The notes under the pieces were generated by a model, which did no database searches, was not told the origin of the DNA, and saw nothing but the letters and a program-made list of their open reading frames with translations. Shown here one piece after another: positions 1-12,739 of a stretch of 64,000 nucleotides of DNA (position 1 is its first letter; each line of letters starts with the position of its first letter). The position numbers and the translations under genes are program-made. Source of the stretch: Escherichia coli. Lineage in GTDB: Bacteria; Pseudomonadota; Gammaproteobacteria; Enterobacterales; Enterobacteriaceae. The stretch is taken from NCBI RefSeq assembly GCF_050920415.1, contig NZ_CP169309.1, one strand, 5' to 3'.

Positions 1-942
1 GGTTCGCTTGGCCTGCGGGCCGGTATTCAGCGCTATAACAACGGCGACAGCAGCGCCAATACAGGGAAATATATCGCTCTCGATCTCTCGCTACCACTGG
101 GCAACTGGTTTAGCGCAGGGATGACCCATCAAAACGGCTACACCATGGCAAACCTGTCAGCACGCAAACAGTTTGATGAAGGAACCATTCGCACTTTTGG
201 TGCCAATCTGTCACGAGCCATCTCCGGCGATACCGGTGATGACAAAACTCTCAGTGGTGGGGCGTATGCACAGTTCGACGCTCGTTACGCCAGCGGAACG
301 CTGAACGTCAATAGCGCGGCGGACGGCTACGTCAATACCAACTTAACTGCCAATGGCAGCGTTGGCTGGCAGGGTAAAAACATTGCTGCCAGCGGGCGGA
401 CTGATGGCAACGCCGGGGTGATATTCAATACCGGGCTGGAGGACGACGGTCAGATCAGCGCCAAAATCAACGGACGGATTTTCCCGCTTAACGGCAAGCG
501 CAACTACCTCCCGCTCTCTCCGTATGGGAGATATGAGGTGGAGTTGCAGAACAGCAAAAACTCACTCGACAGCTACGATATCGTCAGCGGCCGCAAAAGC
601 CATCTGACCCTCTATCCAGGCAATGTCGCCGTCATTGAGCCAGAGGTGAAGCAGATGGTTACCGTCTCCGGTCGTATCCGTGCAGAAGACGGCACAGTGC
701 TGGCTAACGCACGGATTAACAACCATATCGGCCGAACCCGAACCGATGAAAACGGCGAGTTTGTCATGGACGTGGATAAGAAATACCCCACTATCGATTT
801 TCGCTACAGTGGCAATAAAACCTGCGAAGTGGCACTGGAACTCAACCAGGCGCGCGGTGCCGTCTGGGTCGGTGATGTGGTCTGCAGCGGCCTCTCATCG
901 TGGGCGGCGGTGACGCAGACAGGAGAAGAGAATGAGAGTTAA
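1..942 (+). CDS. ecpC: Fimbrial usher, C-terminal fragment (5-prime end lies outside the window)
   Basis: Frame 1 is open from base 1 to the stop at 942; usher-like C-terminal sequence; followed by ecpD and ecpE in conserved order. Confidence 0.7.
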   Translation, partial: GSLGLRAGIQRYNNGDSSANTGKYIALDLSLPLGNWFSAGMTHQNGYTMANLSARKQFDEGTIRTFGANLSRAISGDTGDDKTLSGGAYAQFDARYASGTLNVNSAADGYVNTNLTANGSVGWQGKNIAASGRTDGNAGVIFNTGLEDDGQISAKINGRIFPLNGKRNYLPLSPYGRYEVELQNSKNSLDSYDIVSGRKSHLTLYPGNVAVIEPEVKQMVTVSGRIRAEDGTVLANARINNHIGRTRTDENGEFVMDVDKKYPTIDFRYSGNKTCEVALELNQARGAVWVGDVVCSGLSSWAAVTQTGEENES

Positions 943-2575
943 CCTACTGATAGCAATGATAATCTTTGCGCTATTCTGGCCAGCAACCGCGCTCAGAGCG
1001 GCAGTGAGCAAAACAACCTGGGCGGATGCACCGGCACGCGAGTTTGTGTTTGTCGAAAACAACTCAGACGACAACTTTTTCGTCACTCCTGGCGGGGCGC
1101 TGGATCCGCGCCTGACCGGTGCCAACCGCTGGACCGGTTTAAAATACACTGGCTCAGGAACCATCTATCAACAAAGCCTCGGCTACATTGATAACGGTTA
1201 CAACACCGGCCTTTATACCAACTGGAAGTTTGATATGTGGCTGGAAAATTCGCCGGTTTCATCTCCTTTAACTGGCTTGCGCTGCATCAACTGGTACACA
1301 GGGTGTAATATGACCACCAGTCTTATCCTGCCGCAAACCACCGACGCCAGTGGATTTTATGGCGCGACGGTGACCAGCGGCGGCTCGAAGTGGATGCACG
1401 GCATGTTGTCAGACGCGTTTTACCAGTATCTGCAACAAATGCCCGTTGGCAGCAGCTTTACGATGACCATCAATGCCTGCCAAACCTCAGTGAACTATGA
1501 CGCCAGCAGCGGCGCGCGCTGTAAGGATCAGGCCTCCGGCAACTGGTATGTTCGCAACGTCACCCATACGAAAGCAGCAAATTTGCGGTTGATAAATACC
1601 CACTCGCTGGCGGAGGTATTTATCAACAGCGACGGAGTACCGACTCTGGGCGAAGGGAACGCCGACTGCCGGACGCAAACCATCGGCAGCCGTTCAGGAT
1701 TAAGTTGTAAGATGGTTAACTATACCCTGCAAACAAACGGGCTCAGCAACACCTCAATCCATATATTCCCGGCGATCGCCAACTCGTCGTTAGCCTCGGC
1801 CGTCGGGGCGTACGATATGCAGTTCAGTCTGAATGGCAGTTCATGGAAACCGGTGAGCAATACCGCCTATTACTACACCTTCAACGAGATGAAGAGCGCA
1901 GACTCGATCTATGTTTTCTTCTCGAGCAACTTCTTTAAGCAGATGGTGAACCTGGGGATCAGCGATATCAACACCAAAGATCTATTCAACTTTCGCTTTC
2001 AGAACACCACATCACCGGAGTCTGGCTGGTATGAATTTTCTACCTCCAACACGCTGATTATCAAACCCCGTGATTTCAGCATCAGTATTATCTCCGATGA
2101 ATATACTCAGACACCGTCGCGAGAGGGATATGTCGGCAGCGGCGAACCGGCACTAGATTTCGGCTATATCGTAACCACCAGCGGTAAAACAGCTGCCGAC
2201 GAAGTGCTGATCAAGGTGACCGGACCCGCGCAGGTGATTGGCGGGCGCTCCTATTGTGTCTTCAGCTCCGATGACGGTAAGGCGAAAGTACCATTCCCGG
2301 CGATGCTTTCCTTTATTACCCGCAACGGAGCTACAAAAACCTACGATGCCGGGTGCGATGATAGCTGGCGGGATATGACCGATGCGCTGTGGCTAACCAC
2401 ACCGTGGACTGATATCTCTGGCGAAGTGGGGCAGATGGATAAGACCACTGTCAAATTTTCAATTCCAATGGATAACGCCATTTCGCTGCGTACGGTAGAT
2501 GATAACGGCTGGTTTGGCGAAGTCAGCGCTTCAGGAGAGATTCATGTTCAGGCGACGTGGCGTAACATTAACTAA
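932..2575 (+). CDS. ecpD: E. coli common pilus tip adhesin subunit
   Basis: 547 aa with N-terminal signal peptide; size and position match EcpD (YagW); start overlaps the usher stop. Confidence 0.75.
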   Translation: MRVNLLIAMIIFALFWPATALRAAVSKTTWADAPAREFVFVENNSDDNFFVTPGGALDPRLTGANRWTGLKYTGSGTIYQQSLGYIDNGYNTGLYTNWKFDMWLENSPVSSPLTGLRCINWYTGCNMTTSLILPQTTDASGFYGATVTSGGSKWMHGMLSDAFYQYLQQMPVGSSFTMTINACQTSVNYDASSGARCKDQASGNWYVRNVTHTKAANLRLINTHSLAEVFINSDGVPTLGEGNADCRTQTIGSRSGLSCKMVNYTLQTNGLSNTSIHIFPAIANSSLASAVGAYDMQFSLNGSSWKPVSNTAYYYTFNEMKSADSIYVFFSSNFFKQMVNLGISDINTKDLFNFRFQNTTSPESGWYEFSTSNTLIIKPRDFSISIISDEYTQTPSREGYVGSGEPALDFGYIVTTSGKTAADEVLIKVTGPAQVIGGRSYCVFSSDDGKAKVPFPAMLSFITRNGATKTYDAGCDDSWRDMTDALWLTTPWTDISGEVGQMDKTTVKFSIPMDNAISLRTVDDNGWFGEVSASGEIHVQATWRNIN

Positions 2576-3254
2576 GGCGCTGCTGACAGTGGTCTGTATG
2601 CTGGCGGCACCTTTGACACAGGCGATTTCGGTCGGCAATCTGACATTTTCGCTGCCGTCCGAGACTGACTTTGTCAGCAAACGTGTAGTGAATAACAACA
2701 AAAGCGCACGGATATACCGTATTGCCATCAGTGCCATCGATAGCCCAGGCAGCAGTGAATTGCGCACTCGACCGGTGGATGGTGAACTGCTTTTCGCTCC
2801 CCGCCAGCTGGCGTTGCAGGCTGGTGAGAGTGAGTATTTTAAATTTTACTATCATGGCCCCCAGGATAAACGCGAGCGCTACTACCGGGTCTCATTCCGC
2901 GAGGTCCCCACTCGCAACCAGACAAGACGTAGCCCAACCGGCGGCGAGGTCAGCACAGAGCCGGTGGTGGTGATGGATACCATTCTGGTAGTACGACCAC
3001 GTCAGGTTCAGTTTAAATGGTCCTTCGACCAGGTGACAGGAACGGTAAGTAACACCGGCAACACGTGGTTTAAGCTACTGATTAAACCAGGATGTGATTC
3101 GACCGAAGAGGAAGGCGACGCCTGGTACCTACGTCCAGGGGACGTGGTTCATCAGCCTGCGTTACGTCAACCGGGGAATCATTATCTGGTCTATAACGAC
3201 AAATTCATTAAGATTAGCGATTCCTGTCCGGCTAAGCCCCCTTCGGCGGACTAA
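2544..3254 (+). CDS. ecpE: Ecp pilus periplasmic chaperone
   Basis: Start taken at internal Met ([14 protein letters not shown]..., signal peptide), giving 236 aa as for YagV/EcpE; overlaps ecpD 3-prime end. Confidence 0.75.
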   Translation: MFRRRGVTLTKALLTVVCMLAAPLTQAISVGNLTFSLPSETDFVSKRVVNNNKSARIYRIAISAIDSPGSSELRTRPVDGELLFAPRQLALQAGESEYFKFYYHGPQDKRERYYRVSFREVPTRNQTRRSPTGGEVSTEPVVVMDTILVVRPRQVQFKWSFDQVTGTVSNTGNTWFKLLIKPGCDSTEEEGDAWYLRPGDVVHQPALRQPGNHYLVYNDKFIKISDSCPAKPPSAD

Positions 3255-3567
3255 GACTTATCCATCGGACGAGGGAAGAATTCCACCTCAGAGACTCAAA
3301 TAATCGTTTAAATGATGTGGAAGCGATCGTCAATGTCACCTGTAATGATGGGCTTTCTCATATGTACACCATAGTGTTCAGGAGACACGGAAAGGTGCCA
3401 GGCAGCCTGCTAACGAGTGGTTTCTTCACGAATTAGTACGTAAAATCGGTAACGGCTGGAAATCATTCAATACTCACACTATCGAAAGTTCCCCAGCCAA
3501 CCGCGGTACGTTCTTACATACGAGGTACCGCTGTTCTCTTTACGATTTATAGCTGTACTGGTGAATT

Positions 3568-3897
3568 ATGAGCAATCTGAATCCATGCATGACGTGTGGT
3601 GCCTGTTGTGCATTTTTCCGCGTCTCTTTTTACTGGGCCGAAGCCGACGATGCTGGCGGTACCATTCCCGCCAGGCTCACTGAACAAATATCCCCTTTTC
3701 ACCGATGCATGAGCGGTACCAATCAGAAAAACCCCCGATGTATTGCCCTTGCAGGAACACCGGGCAAAAATGCCTGCTGCACGATATATAAAAATCGATC
3801 GTCCACGTGCAGAGAATTCGCCATGTCTGGTGAGAACGGAGTCGTCAATGAGGCTTGCAATCGTGCAAGAGCTAAATACGGGCTGACACCGTTATAA
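3568..3897 (+). CDS. ykgJ: Cys-rich YkgJ-family protein
   Basis: 109 aa, CxxCxxCC near the N-terminus; synteny ecpE-ykgJ-yagU-pao as in E. coli. Confidence 0.7.
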
Positions 3898-3920
3898 ATA
3901 TGCAATAATTAATTGCACTG

Positions 3921-3954
3921 CCCCGCCAGCTATAATCGCGGGGCTTCGTTTTTC
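3921..3954 (+). terminator. Rho-independent terminator downstream of ykgJ
   Basis: ccccgc...gcgggg stem followed by cttcgttttt. Confidence 0.5.
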
Positions 3955-4104
3955 AGGGATAACAAAACCCGAGACTTCTTCCATCTGCCAGCAACAATGC
4001 CTCTTCCTCTACAGTGTTCTCCGGATCTACAGCATCCTGAAGTAGCGCGATGTACTCACTGGCTATCTGCATCAGAAAGTTAAAAACAATGTTTTTAACC
4101 TATA

Positions 4105-4133
4105 AAAATGGCGCTGTATTTGCGCCATTTTTA
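4105..4133 (-). terminator. Hairpin terminator downstream of yagU (possibly bidirectional)
   Basis: aatggcgc / gcgccatt stem flanked by A-run and T-run. Confidence 0.45.
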
Positions 4134-4145
4134 TCATTCAATGCA

Positions 4146-4760
4146 TTATCTGTTTGAGCCTAAAGGGATCTCAGGGTCTGGCTCATGAGTAATTCTGTTT
4201 CGTAAATCTCTGCGAATAATTTCAATGGACCAGAACCAGACTAAATGTCCAAAAATTTCAGAAACATTCTCATACCACGGGAGATCAAACAGAGGTGGCG
4301 TCAGTCCCATGAGAGGGAATGAAATCATATGAACAAAAAGTTGGGCTAAAGCACCTGCCAGTAAGCCCTGCCAGAGTTTAATTTTTGGAAATACTTCAGC
4401 GACCACACAATAACCGACAGCAAACACTATCGAAAAGATAATGTGCGTAACACCAACCCAGTTAAAGACATGCCCGGCAAAGGTATAAACAGCCGCATTG
4501 GGATCTGTCAGCCCCAGCCAGTCTCGAAGAAAAATATACGGAGGATTGAGAAAATTACGGGAGCAATCAATTTGCCCAGCAGCCCTGATTAATGATTCCG
4601 GGCCACACGCTGCATTAAACATATCCACCGGGCTACGTGGCGGCAATGGAACTTCTGCCCCCCACTTCACAAATGCGGAAACAACGCCAGCAATCAGCCC
4701 AATGAATGCAGCAAGACCATAACGTCTGCGGTTCGGTGGAGTTTGTTCAAATATATTCAT
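4146..4760 (-). CDS. yagU: Inner-membrane protein, DUF1440 family
   Basis: 204 aa, several hydrophobic helices; size and synteny match YagU. Confidence 0.75.
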
Positions 4761-5165
4761 ATTTACCCTGTTTGTTTCATTATGTTGTACACCTCTTCAG
4801 GAGTATTCATAAAACAAGATAAATGTAAAGAACTGTATTGTTTTGTATAATGCAATGGTGACTAATCGCCAATTAATATAAGCACCATCATTTCTCCATA
4901 TTTTTATGTTAGAAGTGACAACGATTTGCAGGGTGATGCAGAGCTGACAATCACAGGTTTCCTTATCGGTTTTTGCATCGCACAACTAAAGCAATAAACT
5001 AGCTCCCGTCATCGGCGAATATGAATTAATTAGCCGGGCTCATAGCTGCATTCGCGTTTTAAGAATAATCCTCCTGCTCTCACCGACTATGCTTAACGTT
5101 TAAAAAAGCATCAACACTCTCGCAACGCACTCTTATTTTCCCCTTTAGAATACCGGAGGCCTGGT

Positions 5166-5855
5166 ATGAGCAACCAAGGCGAATACCCCGAAGATAATCG
5201 GGTTGGGAAGCACGAGCCGCACGATTTTAGTTTGACCCGCCGCGATCTGATTAAAGTGAGCGCCGCAACGGCGGCGACCGCCGTGGTTTATCCTCATTCT
5301 ACGCTTGCGGCAAGCGTTCCGGCAGCTACACCCGCGCCAGAGATAATGCCCCTGACACTTATGGTGAACGGCAAAACCGAGCAGCTTGAGGTGGATACCC
5401 GAACCACGCTACTGGACGCTTTGCGTGAAAATCTGCATCTGATCGGTACCAAGAAAGGTTGCGATCACGGACAGTGCGGAGCCTGTACCGTGCTGGTCAA
5501 TGGTCGCAGGCTTAATGCCTGCCTGACGCTGGCAGTCATGCATCAGGGGGCCGAGATCACCACCATTGAAGGCCTGGGTTCACCAGAGAATCTTCACCCC
5601 ATGCAGGCGGCCTTTATCAAGCATGATGGCTTCCAGTGCGGCTACTGCACCTCCGGGCAAATTTGCTCATCAGTAGCGGTGCTAAAAGAGATTCAGGACG
5701 GCATTCCCAGTCACGTCACGGTCGATTTGGTTTCCCCTCCAGAAAGAACTGCCGATGAGATCCGTGAACGTATGAGCGGCAACATCTGTCGCTGTGGTGC
5801 ATACGCTAACATCCTTGCCGCCATTGAAGATGCTGCGGGGGAGATAAAATCATGA
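5166..5855 (+). CDS. paoA: Periplasmic aldehyde oxidoreductase, 2Fe-2S subunit
   Basis: 229 aa, Tat-type signal ([14 protein letters not shown]), two Cys clusters typical of 2Fe-2S ferredoxin-like subunits. Confidence 0.9.
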   Translation: MSNQGEYPEDNRVGKHEPHDFSLTRRDLIKVSAATAATAVVYPHSTLAASVPAATPAPEIMPLTLMVNGKTEQLEVDTRTTLLDALRENLHLIGTKKGCDHGQCGACTVLVNGRRLNACLTLAVMHQGAEITTIEGLGSPENLHPMQAAFIKHDGFQCGYCTSGQICSSVAVLKEIQDGIPSHVTVDLVSPPERTADEIRERMSGNICRCGAYANILAAIEDAAGEIKS

Positions 5856-6808
5856 AGGCGTTTACCTATGAACGTGTGAACACCCCTGCCGAGGCGGCAC
5901 TTAGCGCTCAGCGCGTACCCGGCGCAAAATTTATCGCTGGCGGGACCAATCTGCTGGACCTGATGAAGCTGGAAATTGAAACGCCAACCCACCTTATCGA
6001 TGTGAACGGGCTCGGGCTCGATAAGATTGAAGTGACCGACGCGGGTGGGCTGCGCATCGGCGCACTGGTACGGAACACCGACCTGGCGGCTCACGAGCGC
6101 GTGCGTCGTGATTACGCGGTACTCTCCCGCGCTCTGCTCGCTGGCGCGTCTGGTCAGTTACGTAATCAGGCAACCACCGCAGGTAATCTGCTCCAGCGCA
6201 CGCGCTGCCCCTATTTTTACGACACCAATCAGCCCTGCAATAAGCGCCTGCCCGGGAGCGGCTGCGCGGCACTTGAAGGCTTTAGCCGTCAGCACGCGGT
6301 GGTAGGCGTAAGCGAAGCCTGCATTGCCACCCATCCGAGCGATATGGCGGTCGCAATGCGGTTGCTGGATGCGGTGGTGGAAACCATCACGCCGGAGGGA
6401 AAAACTCGCAGTATCACACTGGCTGATTTTTATCACCCACCGGGGAAAACGCCGCACATTGAAACCGCCCTGCTTCCCGGTGAGCTTATCGTTGCGGTGA
6501 CGTTACCTCCGCCGCTCGGCGGAAAACATATCTACCGCAAGGTGCGCGATCGCGCCTCCTACGCCTTTGCCCTGGTATCGGTCGCGGCGATTATTCAGCC
6601 TGACGGCAGCGGGCGCGTCGCGCTGGGCGGAGTAGCACATAAGCCCTGGCGCATTGAGGCTGCGGATGCTCAGCTATCCCAGGGGGCGCAGGCCGTGTAT
6701 GACGCGCTGTTCGCCAGCGCCCATCCCACCGCTGAAAATACCTTTAAACTCCTGTTGGCGAAGCGAACGCTTGCCTCCGTACTGGCTGAAGCGAGGGCAC
6801 AGGCATGA
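5852..6808 (+). CDS. paoB: Aldehyde oxidoreductase FAD-binding subunit
   Basis: 318 aa, CO dehydrogenase/xanthine dehydrogenase FAD-subunit-like; 4-bp overlap with paoA. Confidence 0.9.
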   Translation: MKAFTYERVNTPAEAALSAQRVPGAKFIAGGTNLLDLMKLEIETPTHLIDVNGLGLDKIEVTDAGGLRIGALVRNTDLAAHERVRRDYAVLSRALLAGASGQLRNQATTAGNLLQRTRCPYFYDTNQPCNKRLPGSGCAALEGFSRQHAVVGVSEACIATHPSDMAVAMRLLDAVVETITPEGKTRSITLADFYHPPGKTPHIETALLPGELIVAVTLPPPLGGKHIYRKVRDRASYAFALVSVAAIIQPDGSGRVALGGVAHKPWRIEAADAQLSQGAQAVYDALFASAHPTAENTFKLLLAKRTLASVLAEARAQA

Positions 6809-9003
6809 AATTTGATAAACCCGCAGGGGAAAACCCGATCGATCAGCTGAAGGTTGTCGGTCGTCCCCATGACCGCATCGACGGACCGCTGAAAACTACC
6901 GGCACGGCACGCTACGCCTACGAATGGCATGAAGAAGCCCCCAACGCCGCCTATGGCTATATCGTCGGTTCCGCCATTGCCAAAGGGCGCCTCACCGCCC
7001 TTGATACGGACGCCGCGCAAAAAGCGCCGGGCGTACTGGCTGTCATTACCGCCAGTAACGCTGGGGCACTCGGCAAAGGCGACAAAAACACCGCCAGGCT
7101 GTTAGGCGGCCCCACTATTGAGCACTATCATCAGGCCATTGCGCTGGTAGTGGCCGAGACCTTCGAACAGGCGCGAGCGGCGGCCTCGCTGGTGCAGGCG
7201 CACTATCGCCGTAATAAAGGAGCTTACTCCCTGGCGGACGAGAAACAGGCCGTCAGTCAGCCGCCGGAAGACACGCCCGATAAAAACGTTGGTGACTTTG
7301 ACGGGGCTTTCACCTCCGCTGCGGTGAAAATTGATGCTACATACACGACCCCGGACCAGAGCCATATGGCGATGGAGCCGCATGCCTCGATGGCCGTCTG
7401 GGATGGAAATAAGCTTACCCTCTGGACCTCAAATCAGATGATTGACTGGTGCCGCACCGATCTGGCAAAAACGCTGAAAGTGCCCGTGGAGAATGTGCGT
7501 ATTATCTCCCCGTATATCGGCGGAGGGTTTGGCGGCAAGCTATTCCTGAGAAGCGATGCGCTGCTGGCGGCCCTCGCCGCCCGTGCGGTGAAACGTCCGG
7601 TTAAAGTGATGCTCCCCCGCCCCACTATTCCCAATAACACCACGCACCGCCCCGCCACCCTTCAGCACCTGCGTATCGGTGCCGACCAGAGCGGGAAAAT
7701 CACCGCTATCTCACATGAAAGCTGGTCCGGAAACCTGCCCGGCGGCACGCCGGAAACGGCGGTACAGCAAAGCGAATTACTCTACGCAGGGGCAAACCGT
7801 CATACCGGCCTGCGGCTCGCCGCGCTTGATTTGCCGGAAGGGAACGCCATGCGTGCGCCCGGCGAAGCCCCCGGTCTGATGGCGCTCGAAATCGCGATCG
7901 ACGAACTGGCGGAAAAAGCGGGCATCGATCCCGTCGAGTTTCGCATCCTGAATGACACTCAGGTTGACCCCGCCGACCCGACGCGCCGCTTCTCTCGCCG
8001 TCAGCTTATCGAGTGCTTGCGCACCGGAGCGGATAAATTTGGCTGGAAGCAGCGCAACGCCACACCCGGACAGGTGCGCGACGGGGAGTGGCTAGTCGGC
8101 CACGGTGTTGCGGCGGGCTTTCGCAATAATCTGCTGGAAAAATCGGGTGCTCGGGTTCACCTCGAACAAAATGGCACCGTTACCGTAGAAACGGACATGA
8201 CCGACATTGGCACCGGCAGCTACACCATTCTGGCCCAGACGGCAGCGGAAATGCTTGGCGTACCGCTGGAGCAGGTTGCGGTTCACCTCGGCGATTCCAG
8301 TTTCCCGGTTTCTGCGGGTTCTGGTGGACAATGGGGCGCGAATACCTCCACCTCCGGCGTTTACGCCGCCTGTGTGAAACTTCGCGAAATGATTGCCTCG
8401 GCGGTCGGGTTTGATCCTGAGCAGTCGCAGTTTGCCGACGGCAAGATTACCAACGGTACCCGAAGCGCCACGCTACATGAGGCCACCGCAGGCGGCAGAC
8501 TGACAGCGGAAGAGAGCATTGAGTTCGGCACTCTCAGCAAGGAGTACCAGCAATCGACCTTTGCCGGGCATTTTGTGGAGGTCGGCGTGCATAGCGCGAC
8601 GGGAGAAGTTCGGGTCCGGCGTATGCTCGCCGTGTGCGCAGCGGGGCGCATTCTGAATCCGAAAACTGCACGCAGCCAGGTCATTGGCGCGATGACTATG
8701 GGCATGGGCGCGGCACTGATGGAGGAGCTGGCGGTAGATGACCGTTTGGGCTACTTCGTTAATCACGATATGGCGGGGTATGAGGTGCCGGTTCATGCGG
8801 ATATCCCAAAACAGGAGGTGATTTTCCTGGATGATACCGACCCCATCTCCTCCCCGATGAAGGCCAAAGGTGTCGGTGAGCTGGGCCTGTGCGGCGTGAG
8901 CGCGGCTATCGCCAACGCGGTGTATAACGCCACCGGTATTCGGGTACGGGATTATCCCATCACTCTGGATAAGCTGCTCGATAAACTGCCGGATGTGGTT
9001 TAA
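6805..9003 (+). CDS. paoC: Aldehyde oxidoreductase molybdopterin-binding subunit
   Basis: 732 aa xanthine-dehydrogenase-family Mo subunit; overlaps paoB stop. Confidence 0.9.
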   Translation: MKFDKPAGENPIDQLKVVGRPHDRIDGPLKTTGTARYAYEWHEEAPNAAYGYIVGSAIAKGRLTALDTDAAQKAPGVLAVITASNAGALGKGDKNTARLLGGPTIEHYHQAIALVVAETFEQARAAASLVQAHYRRNKGAYSLADEKQAVSQPPEDTPDKNVGDFDGAFTSAAVKIDATYTTPDQSHMAMEPHASMAVWDGNKLTLWTSNQMIDWCRTDLAKTLKVPVENVRIISPYIGGGFGGKLFLRSDALLAALAARAVKRPVKVMLPRPTIPNNTTHRPATLQHLRIGADQSGKITAISHESWSGNLPGGTPETAVQQSELLYAGANRHTGLRLAALDLPEGNAMRAPGEAPGLMALEIAIDELAEKAGIDPVEFRILNDTQVDPADPTRRFSRRQLIECLRTGADKFGWKQRNATPGQVRDGEWLVGHGVAAGFRNNLLEKSGARVHLEQNGTVTVETDMTDIGTGSYTILAQTAAEMLGVPLEQVAVHLGDSSFPVSAGSGGQWGANTSTSGVYAACVKLREMIASAVGFDPEQSQFADGKITNGTRSATLHEATAGGRLTAEESIEFGTLSKEYQQSTFAGHFVEVGVHSATGEVRVRRMLAVCAAGRILNPKTARSQVIGAMTMGMGAALMEELAVDDRLGYFVNHDMAGYEVPVHADIPKQEVIFLDDTDPISSPMKAKGVGELGLCGVSAAIANAVYNATGIRVRDYPITLDKLLDKLPDVV

Positions 9004-9012
9004 GGAGGAACA

Positions 9013-9969
9013 ATGTCATACTCGCTTTTTGACAAAGACGAGCACTGGCATAAGCCAGAGCAGGCGTTTCTCACCGATGACCACCGGACCATTCTGCGCT
9101 TCGCCGTAGAGGCGCTAATGTCCGGTAAAGGAGCGGTGCTGGTGACGCTGGTGGAGATACGCGGCGGCGCGGCGCGCCCGCTCGGAGCACAGATGGTGGT
9201 GCGCGAAGATGGTCGTTACTGCGGTTTTGTCTCTGGCGGCTGCGTGGAGGCCGCTGCCGCTTTTGAAGCGCTGGAGGTGATGGGCTCAGGCTGCGATCGC
9301 GAAATTCGCTATGGCGAAGGTTCGCCGTGGTTTGACATCGTTCTGCCCTGCGGCGGTGGGATCACGCTGACGCTCCATAAACTACGCTCGACACAGCCTC
9401 TGCTCGCCGTGCTGAACCGCCTGGAACAGAGAAAACCGGCGGGTCTGCGCTACGATCCGCAAGCTCAATCGCTGGTGTGCCTGCCCACGCAAACCCGAAC
9501 GGGCTGGAATCTCAATGGCTTTGAGATGGGGTTCAGGCCATGCGTCAGGCTGATGATTTACGGACGTTCTCTTGAGGCGCAGGCAACCGCGAGTCTTGCA
9601 GCAGCCACAGGCTATGACAGCCATATCTTCGATATTTTTCCGGCCTCAGCCAGCGCTCAGATCGATACCGATACGGCGGTCATTTTGCTGTGCCATGATC
9701 TCAACCGGGAGCTGCCAGTGTTGCAGGCCGCGCGAGAGGCAAAACCCTTTTATCTCGGCGCATTGGGCAGCTATCGAACCCACACGTTACGTCTGCAAAA
9801 GCTCCACGAGCTAGGATGGTCCAGGGAGGAGACAGCGCAAATCCGGGCACCCATCGGGATATTCCCCAAAGCCCGGGATGCGCATACTCTGGCACTCTCC
9901 GTGCTGGCAGAAGTCGCTTCTGTACGTCTCCATCAGGAGGAGGATTCATGCCTGCCCCCGTCGTCGTGA
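9013..9969 (+). CDS. paoD: Molybdenum cofactor insertion chaperone (XdhC-like)
   Basis: 318 aa XdhC/CoxI-like; last gene of the pao operon; AGGAG RBS upstream. Confidence 0.85.
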   Translation: MSYSLFDKDEHWHKPEQAFLTDDHRTILRFAVEALMSGKGAVLVTLVEIRGGAARPLGAQMVVREDGRYCGFVSGGCVEAAAAFEALEVMGSGCDREIRYGEGSPWFDIVLPCGGGITLTLHKLRSTQPLLAVLNRLEQRKPAGLRYDPQAQSLVCLPTQTRTGWNLNGFEMGFRPCVRLMIYGRSLEAQATASLAAATGYDSHIFDIFPASASAQIDTDTAVILLCHDLNRELPVLQAAREAKPFYLGALGSYRTHTLRLQKLHELGWSREETAQIRAPIGIFPKARDAHTLALSVLAEVASVRLHQEEDSCLPPSS

Positions 9970-10070
9970 TCCTTGCGGCCGGGCGTGGAGAGCGCTTTCT
10001 CGCCTCCGGGGGAAATACCATAAATTAAGAGAAAAATCTGCAGTAGCCGTTTTAGAAAATCACCTAAATC

Positions 10071-10104
10071 GTTTAAAAGAGCGCCCAACCCATAGTGGGC
10101 GCTC
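10071..10104 (-). terminator. Rho-independent terminator for the MFS transporter gene
   Basis: 9-bp stem gagcgccca / tgggcgctc followed on the minus strand by a T-run. Confidence 0.45.
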
Positions 10105-10147
10105 ATCGCCTTGTGTAACTTATTCAGCAACGCGCGCCCTCGCCGGA

Positions 10148-11341
10148 CTAAAGCGCACCGGCCTTCTGGCGTGCGGTAACAAAGGTCAGTACGCCAGCGC
10201 ATAGGAGCAGCACGCTACTCATGGCAAACGTACTCTGCCAGCCGAGGTGGTCAAACACGATGCCTCCTGCCGTCGATCCAAGGGCGATTGAAAGCTGAAT
10301 CACCGCGACCATTAGCCCGCCTCCGGCTTCCGCGTTGTCGGGCAACGTACGCGCAATCCATGTCCACCACCCGGTTGGCGCGGCGGTTGCCAGCATGCCC
10401 CAGAGGCCTAACAGCAGCGAGACCATCCAGACGTGATGCCCGGTAAGCATCAGGCTGATGGCAATGACGGCCATCAGTCCAGGTATAGCCATCAGCGTGG
10501 GGTAGAATTTCCTGTTGAGGAATGTCGAAACAACCAGCGTGCCGATAAAACCGGCTACTCCGATAATCAGCAAAATCAACGACAAGCCTGAGGAATCAAC
10601 CAGCGTCACGGTCTCCAGGAACGGGCGCACATAGGTGAATAGCGCAAACTGCCCCATGAAAAACAGGCCACAAGCTATCATGCCGACCACAACCATGCGG
10701 CGGCTAAATAAGCGGAATACCGTGCCAAATGACGTGTGGCTTTTATTCGCATCCATACTGGGCAGGCTGATGCACTGCCAGATAAAGGCGACAACCGCCA
10801 TGGGCACCAGGCACAAGAAAGCGCCTCGCCATCCGACCGTAGCCCCCAGATAGCTTCCCAGCGGTGCGGCCACGACCGTCGCCAGCGCATTACCGGCATT
10901 GAAAATCGCCAGCGCACGCGTGACCTGTTGCTGCGGCACCAGACGAATCGCCGTTGCCGCAGACATCGACCAGAATCCGCCAATCGCCACACCAATCATC
11001 GCGCGACCGATCATATACATCAGATAACTGGAAGCCAGCGCAATAATAAGCCCCGATACGGCCATCAGAACCGTCATTCCCAGCAGCAGGAATTTACGAT
11101 TCATCTTTCCTGCTAGCGTTGAAAGCGTCAGGCTGGTCAGAACCGCCAGTGCGCCGGAGATAGCAATCCCCTGCCCAGCCAACCCCTCCGTCACGCCTAA
11201 ATCGCGGGCAATCGGCGTGAGCAGGCTGACGGGCATAAATTCAGAAGCAATCAGCACAAACACGCACAGGGTCATGGCAAAAATACCGCCCCAGTATGCG
11301 CGCTGATGATGAGGTGATGGTGTTTGGTTTAGCGTCGACAT
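10148..11341 (-). CDS. MFS transporter (DHA1-like, 12 predicted TM helices)
   Basis: 397 aa, hydrophobic helices throughout, MFS-type loop motifs. Confidence 0.8.
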   Translation of the reverse strand: MSTLNQTPSPHHQRAYWGGIFAMTLCVFVLIASEFMPVSLLTPIARDLGVTEGLAGQGIAISGALAVLTSLTLSTLAGKMNRKFLLLGMTVLMAVSGLIIALASSYLMYMIGRAMIGVAIGGFWSMSAATAIRLVPQQQVTRALAIFNAGNALATVVAAPLGSYLGATVGWRGAFLCLVPMAVVAFIWQCISLPSMDANKSHTSFGTVFRLFSRRMVVVGMIACGLFFMGQFALFTYVRPFLETVTLVDSSGLSLILLIIGVAGFIGTLVVSTFLNRKFYPTLMAIPGLMAVIAISLMLTGHHVWMVSLLLGLWGMLATAAPTGWWTWIARTLPDNAEAGGGLMVAVIQLSIALGSTAGGIVFDHLGWQSTFAMSSVLLLCAGVLTFVTARQKAGAL

Positions 11342-11416
11342 AGTGAAATTTCACGAAGGCCAGGATAAAAGCCACCAGCCTATGGCCGGTGGCTTTGCAT
11401 CAATTCAGGAGAGGTT

Positions 11417-12553
11417 TTATTTCAGTTTGGTCTGGAAAAATTGTTCGAACTTCGCGAAAGGTATTTTTCCGGCCACGTTATCGTACAGGTCCACGTGATT
11501 TGCCCCAGGTACCACCACCAGCTCTTTATCTTTACTGCCAACCGCCTTGTAAGCATCTTCAGCAAAATAGCGTGAATGTGCTTTCTCACCGGTCACAATC
11601 AGCGTCGGAATGGTGATTTCACTGGCGTAACTCAACAGCGGCATATTCATAAATGACAGCGGCATCGTTGCCGTCCACGCCCCGGTAGAGTTAACGGAAC
11701 GTTCGTGGAAGCCGCGCGGCATGCGATAGTAGTCAAAGAACTCTTTCAGTACCGAATGAGGATTTGCCGGCAGCGTTTCTGGCAGAATGCGCTCGCCCGC
11801 ACTGACCTTGCCGTTGCTATCGACATTAATATCATGACCACCATGAGCGAACGTTCCGCTCTGCGCATCCTTCCAGCGCTGTTCATTCAGATATTGCAGA
11901 ACAGCACGACGGTCGGCGGTAGAATAACGGTCTTCGCCATCCCCCACACCATGGCCCATCGCCCGGCTCATGTCATACATCACGCTGGTAGCAACCGCTT
12001 TAACGCGGGTATCCATCGCCACGTCGTTCAGCGCCATGCCGCCCCAGCCACAAATACCGAGCAGCCCGATACGGTTGCGATCTACCTCTTTTTGCAGCCC
12101 TAAGAAATCCACCGCCGCGCTGAAATCTTCAGTGTTGATATCCGGTGAGGCGACGTTTCGCGGATAGCCGCCGCTTTCCCCGGTGTAAGAAGGATCGAAC
12201 GCCAGGGTAACAAACCCTCGTTCCGCCAGCGTCTGCGCATACAGGCCGCTGGATTGCTCTTTCACCGCGCCAAATGGCCCACTGACCGCAATCGCCGCCA
12301 GCTTGCGATCGCCACGGTCTTTAGGCAGGTAAAGATCGCCCACTAAGGTGATGCCATATCGGTTCGGGAACGAGACTTTACGGTGATCGACTTTCTGGCT
12401 CTCGGCGAACGTTTTATCCCATTTATCTGTCATGGACACAGGGGCATTAGGATTGGTTGAATCAGCATAACTCATTGTCGTGACTCCACTTAATGATGCG
12501 AAAAGCAGCATGGTCGGCATCGCGGTTTTTAGCGTTCGGGTGAAGGCTTTCAT
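11417..12553 (-). CDS. Secreted alpha/beta hydrolase with Cys nucleophile elbow (dienelactone-hydrolase-like)
   Basis: Signal peptide; GICGWGG elbow; start placed at internal ATG because the ORF-track start is a TTG; no clear RBS. Confidence 0.7.
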   Translation of the reverse strand: MKAFTRTLKTAMPTMLLFASLSGVTTMSYADSTNPNAPVSMTDKWDKTFAESQKVDHRKVSFPNRYGITLVGDLYLPKDRGDRKLAAIAVSGPFGAVKEQSSGLYAQTLAERGFVTLAFDPSYTGESGGYPRNVASPDINTEDFSAAVDFLGLQKEVDRNRIGLLGICGWGGMALNDVAMDTRVKAVATSVMYDMSRAMGHGVGDGEDRYSTADRRAVLQYLNEQRWKDAQSGTFAHGGHDINVDSNGKVSAGERILPETLPANPHSVLKEFFDYYRMPRGFHERSVNSTGAWTATMPLSFMNMPLLSYASEITIPTLIVTGEKAHSRYFAEDAYKAVGSKDKELVVVPGANHVDLYDNVAGKIPFAKFEQFFQTKLK

Positions 12554-12739
12554 AAAAATCCCCATAAAAAACAACAGAGAGATACAGGTTTCCGACGGAC
12601 AACACTGCGGTGCTTTACTTTGATGGGGTCATTATAGTGAGCAGAATTAGTGCTGATTAGGGGGCGATTAATGCTAAGATTAATACCATATTGTTATAAA
12701 TTAATGCGGAGATTGCCGGCATGAAGGGGGGATGTTTCA

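Noticed and set aside
680-913. 77-aa ORF on the plus strand
   Set aside because: Alternate frame nested inside the ecpC 3-prime coding region.
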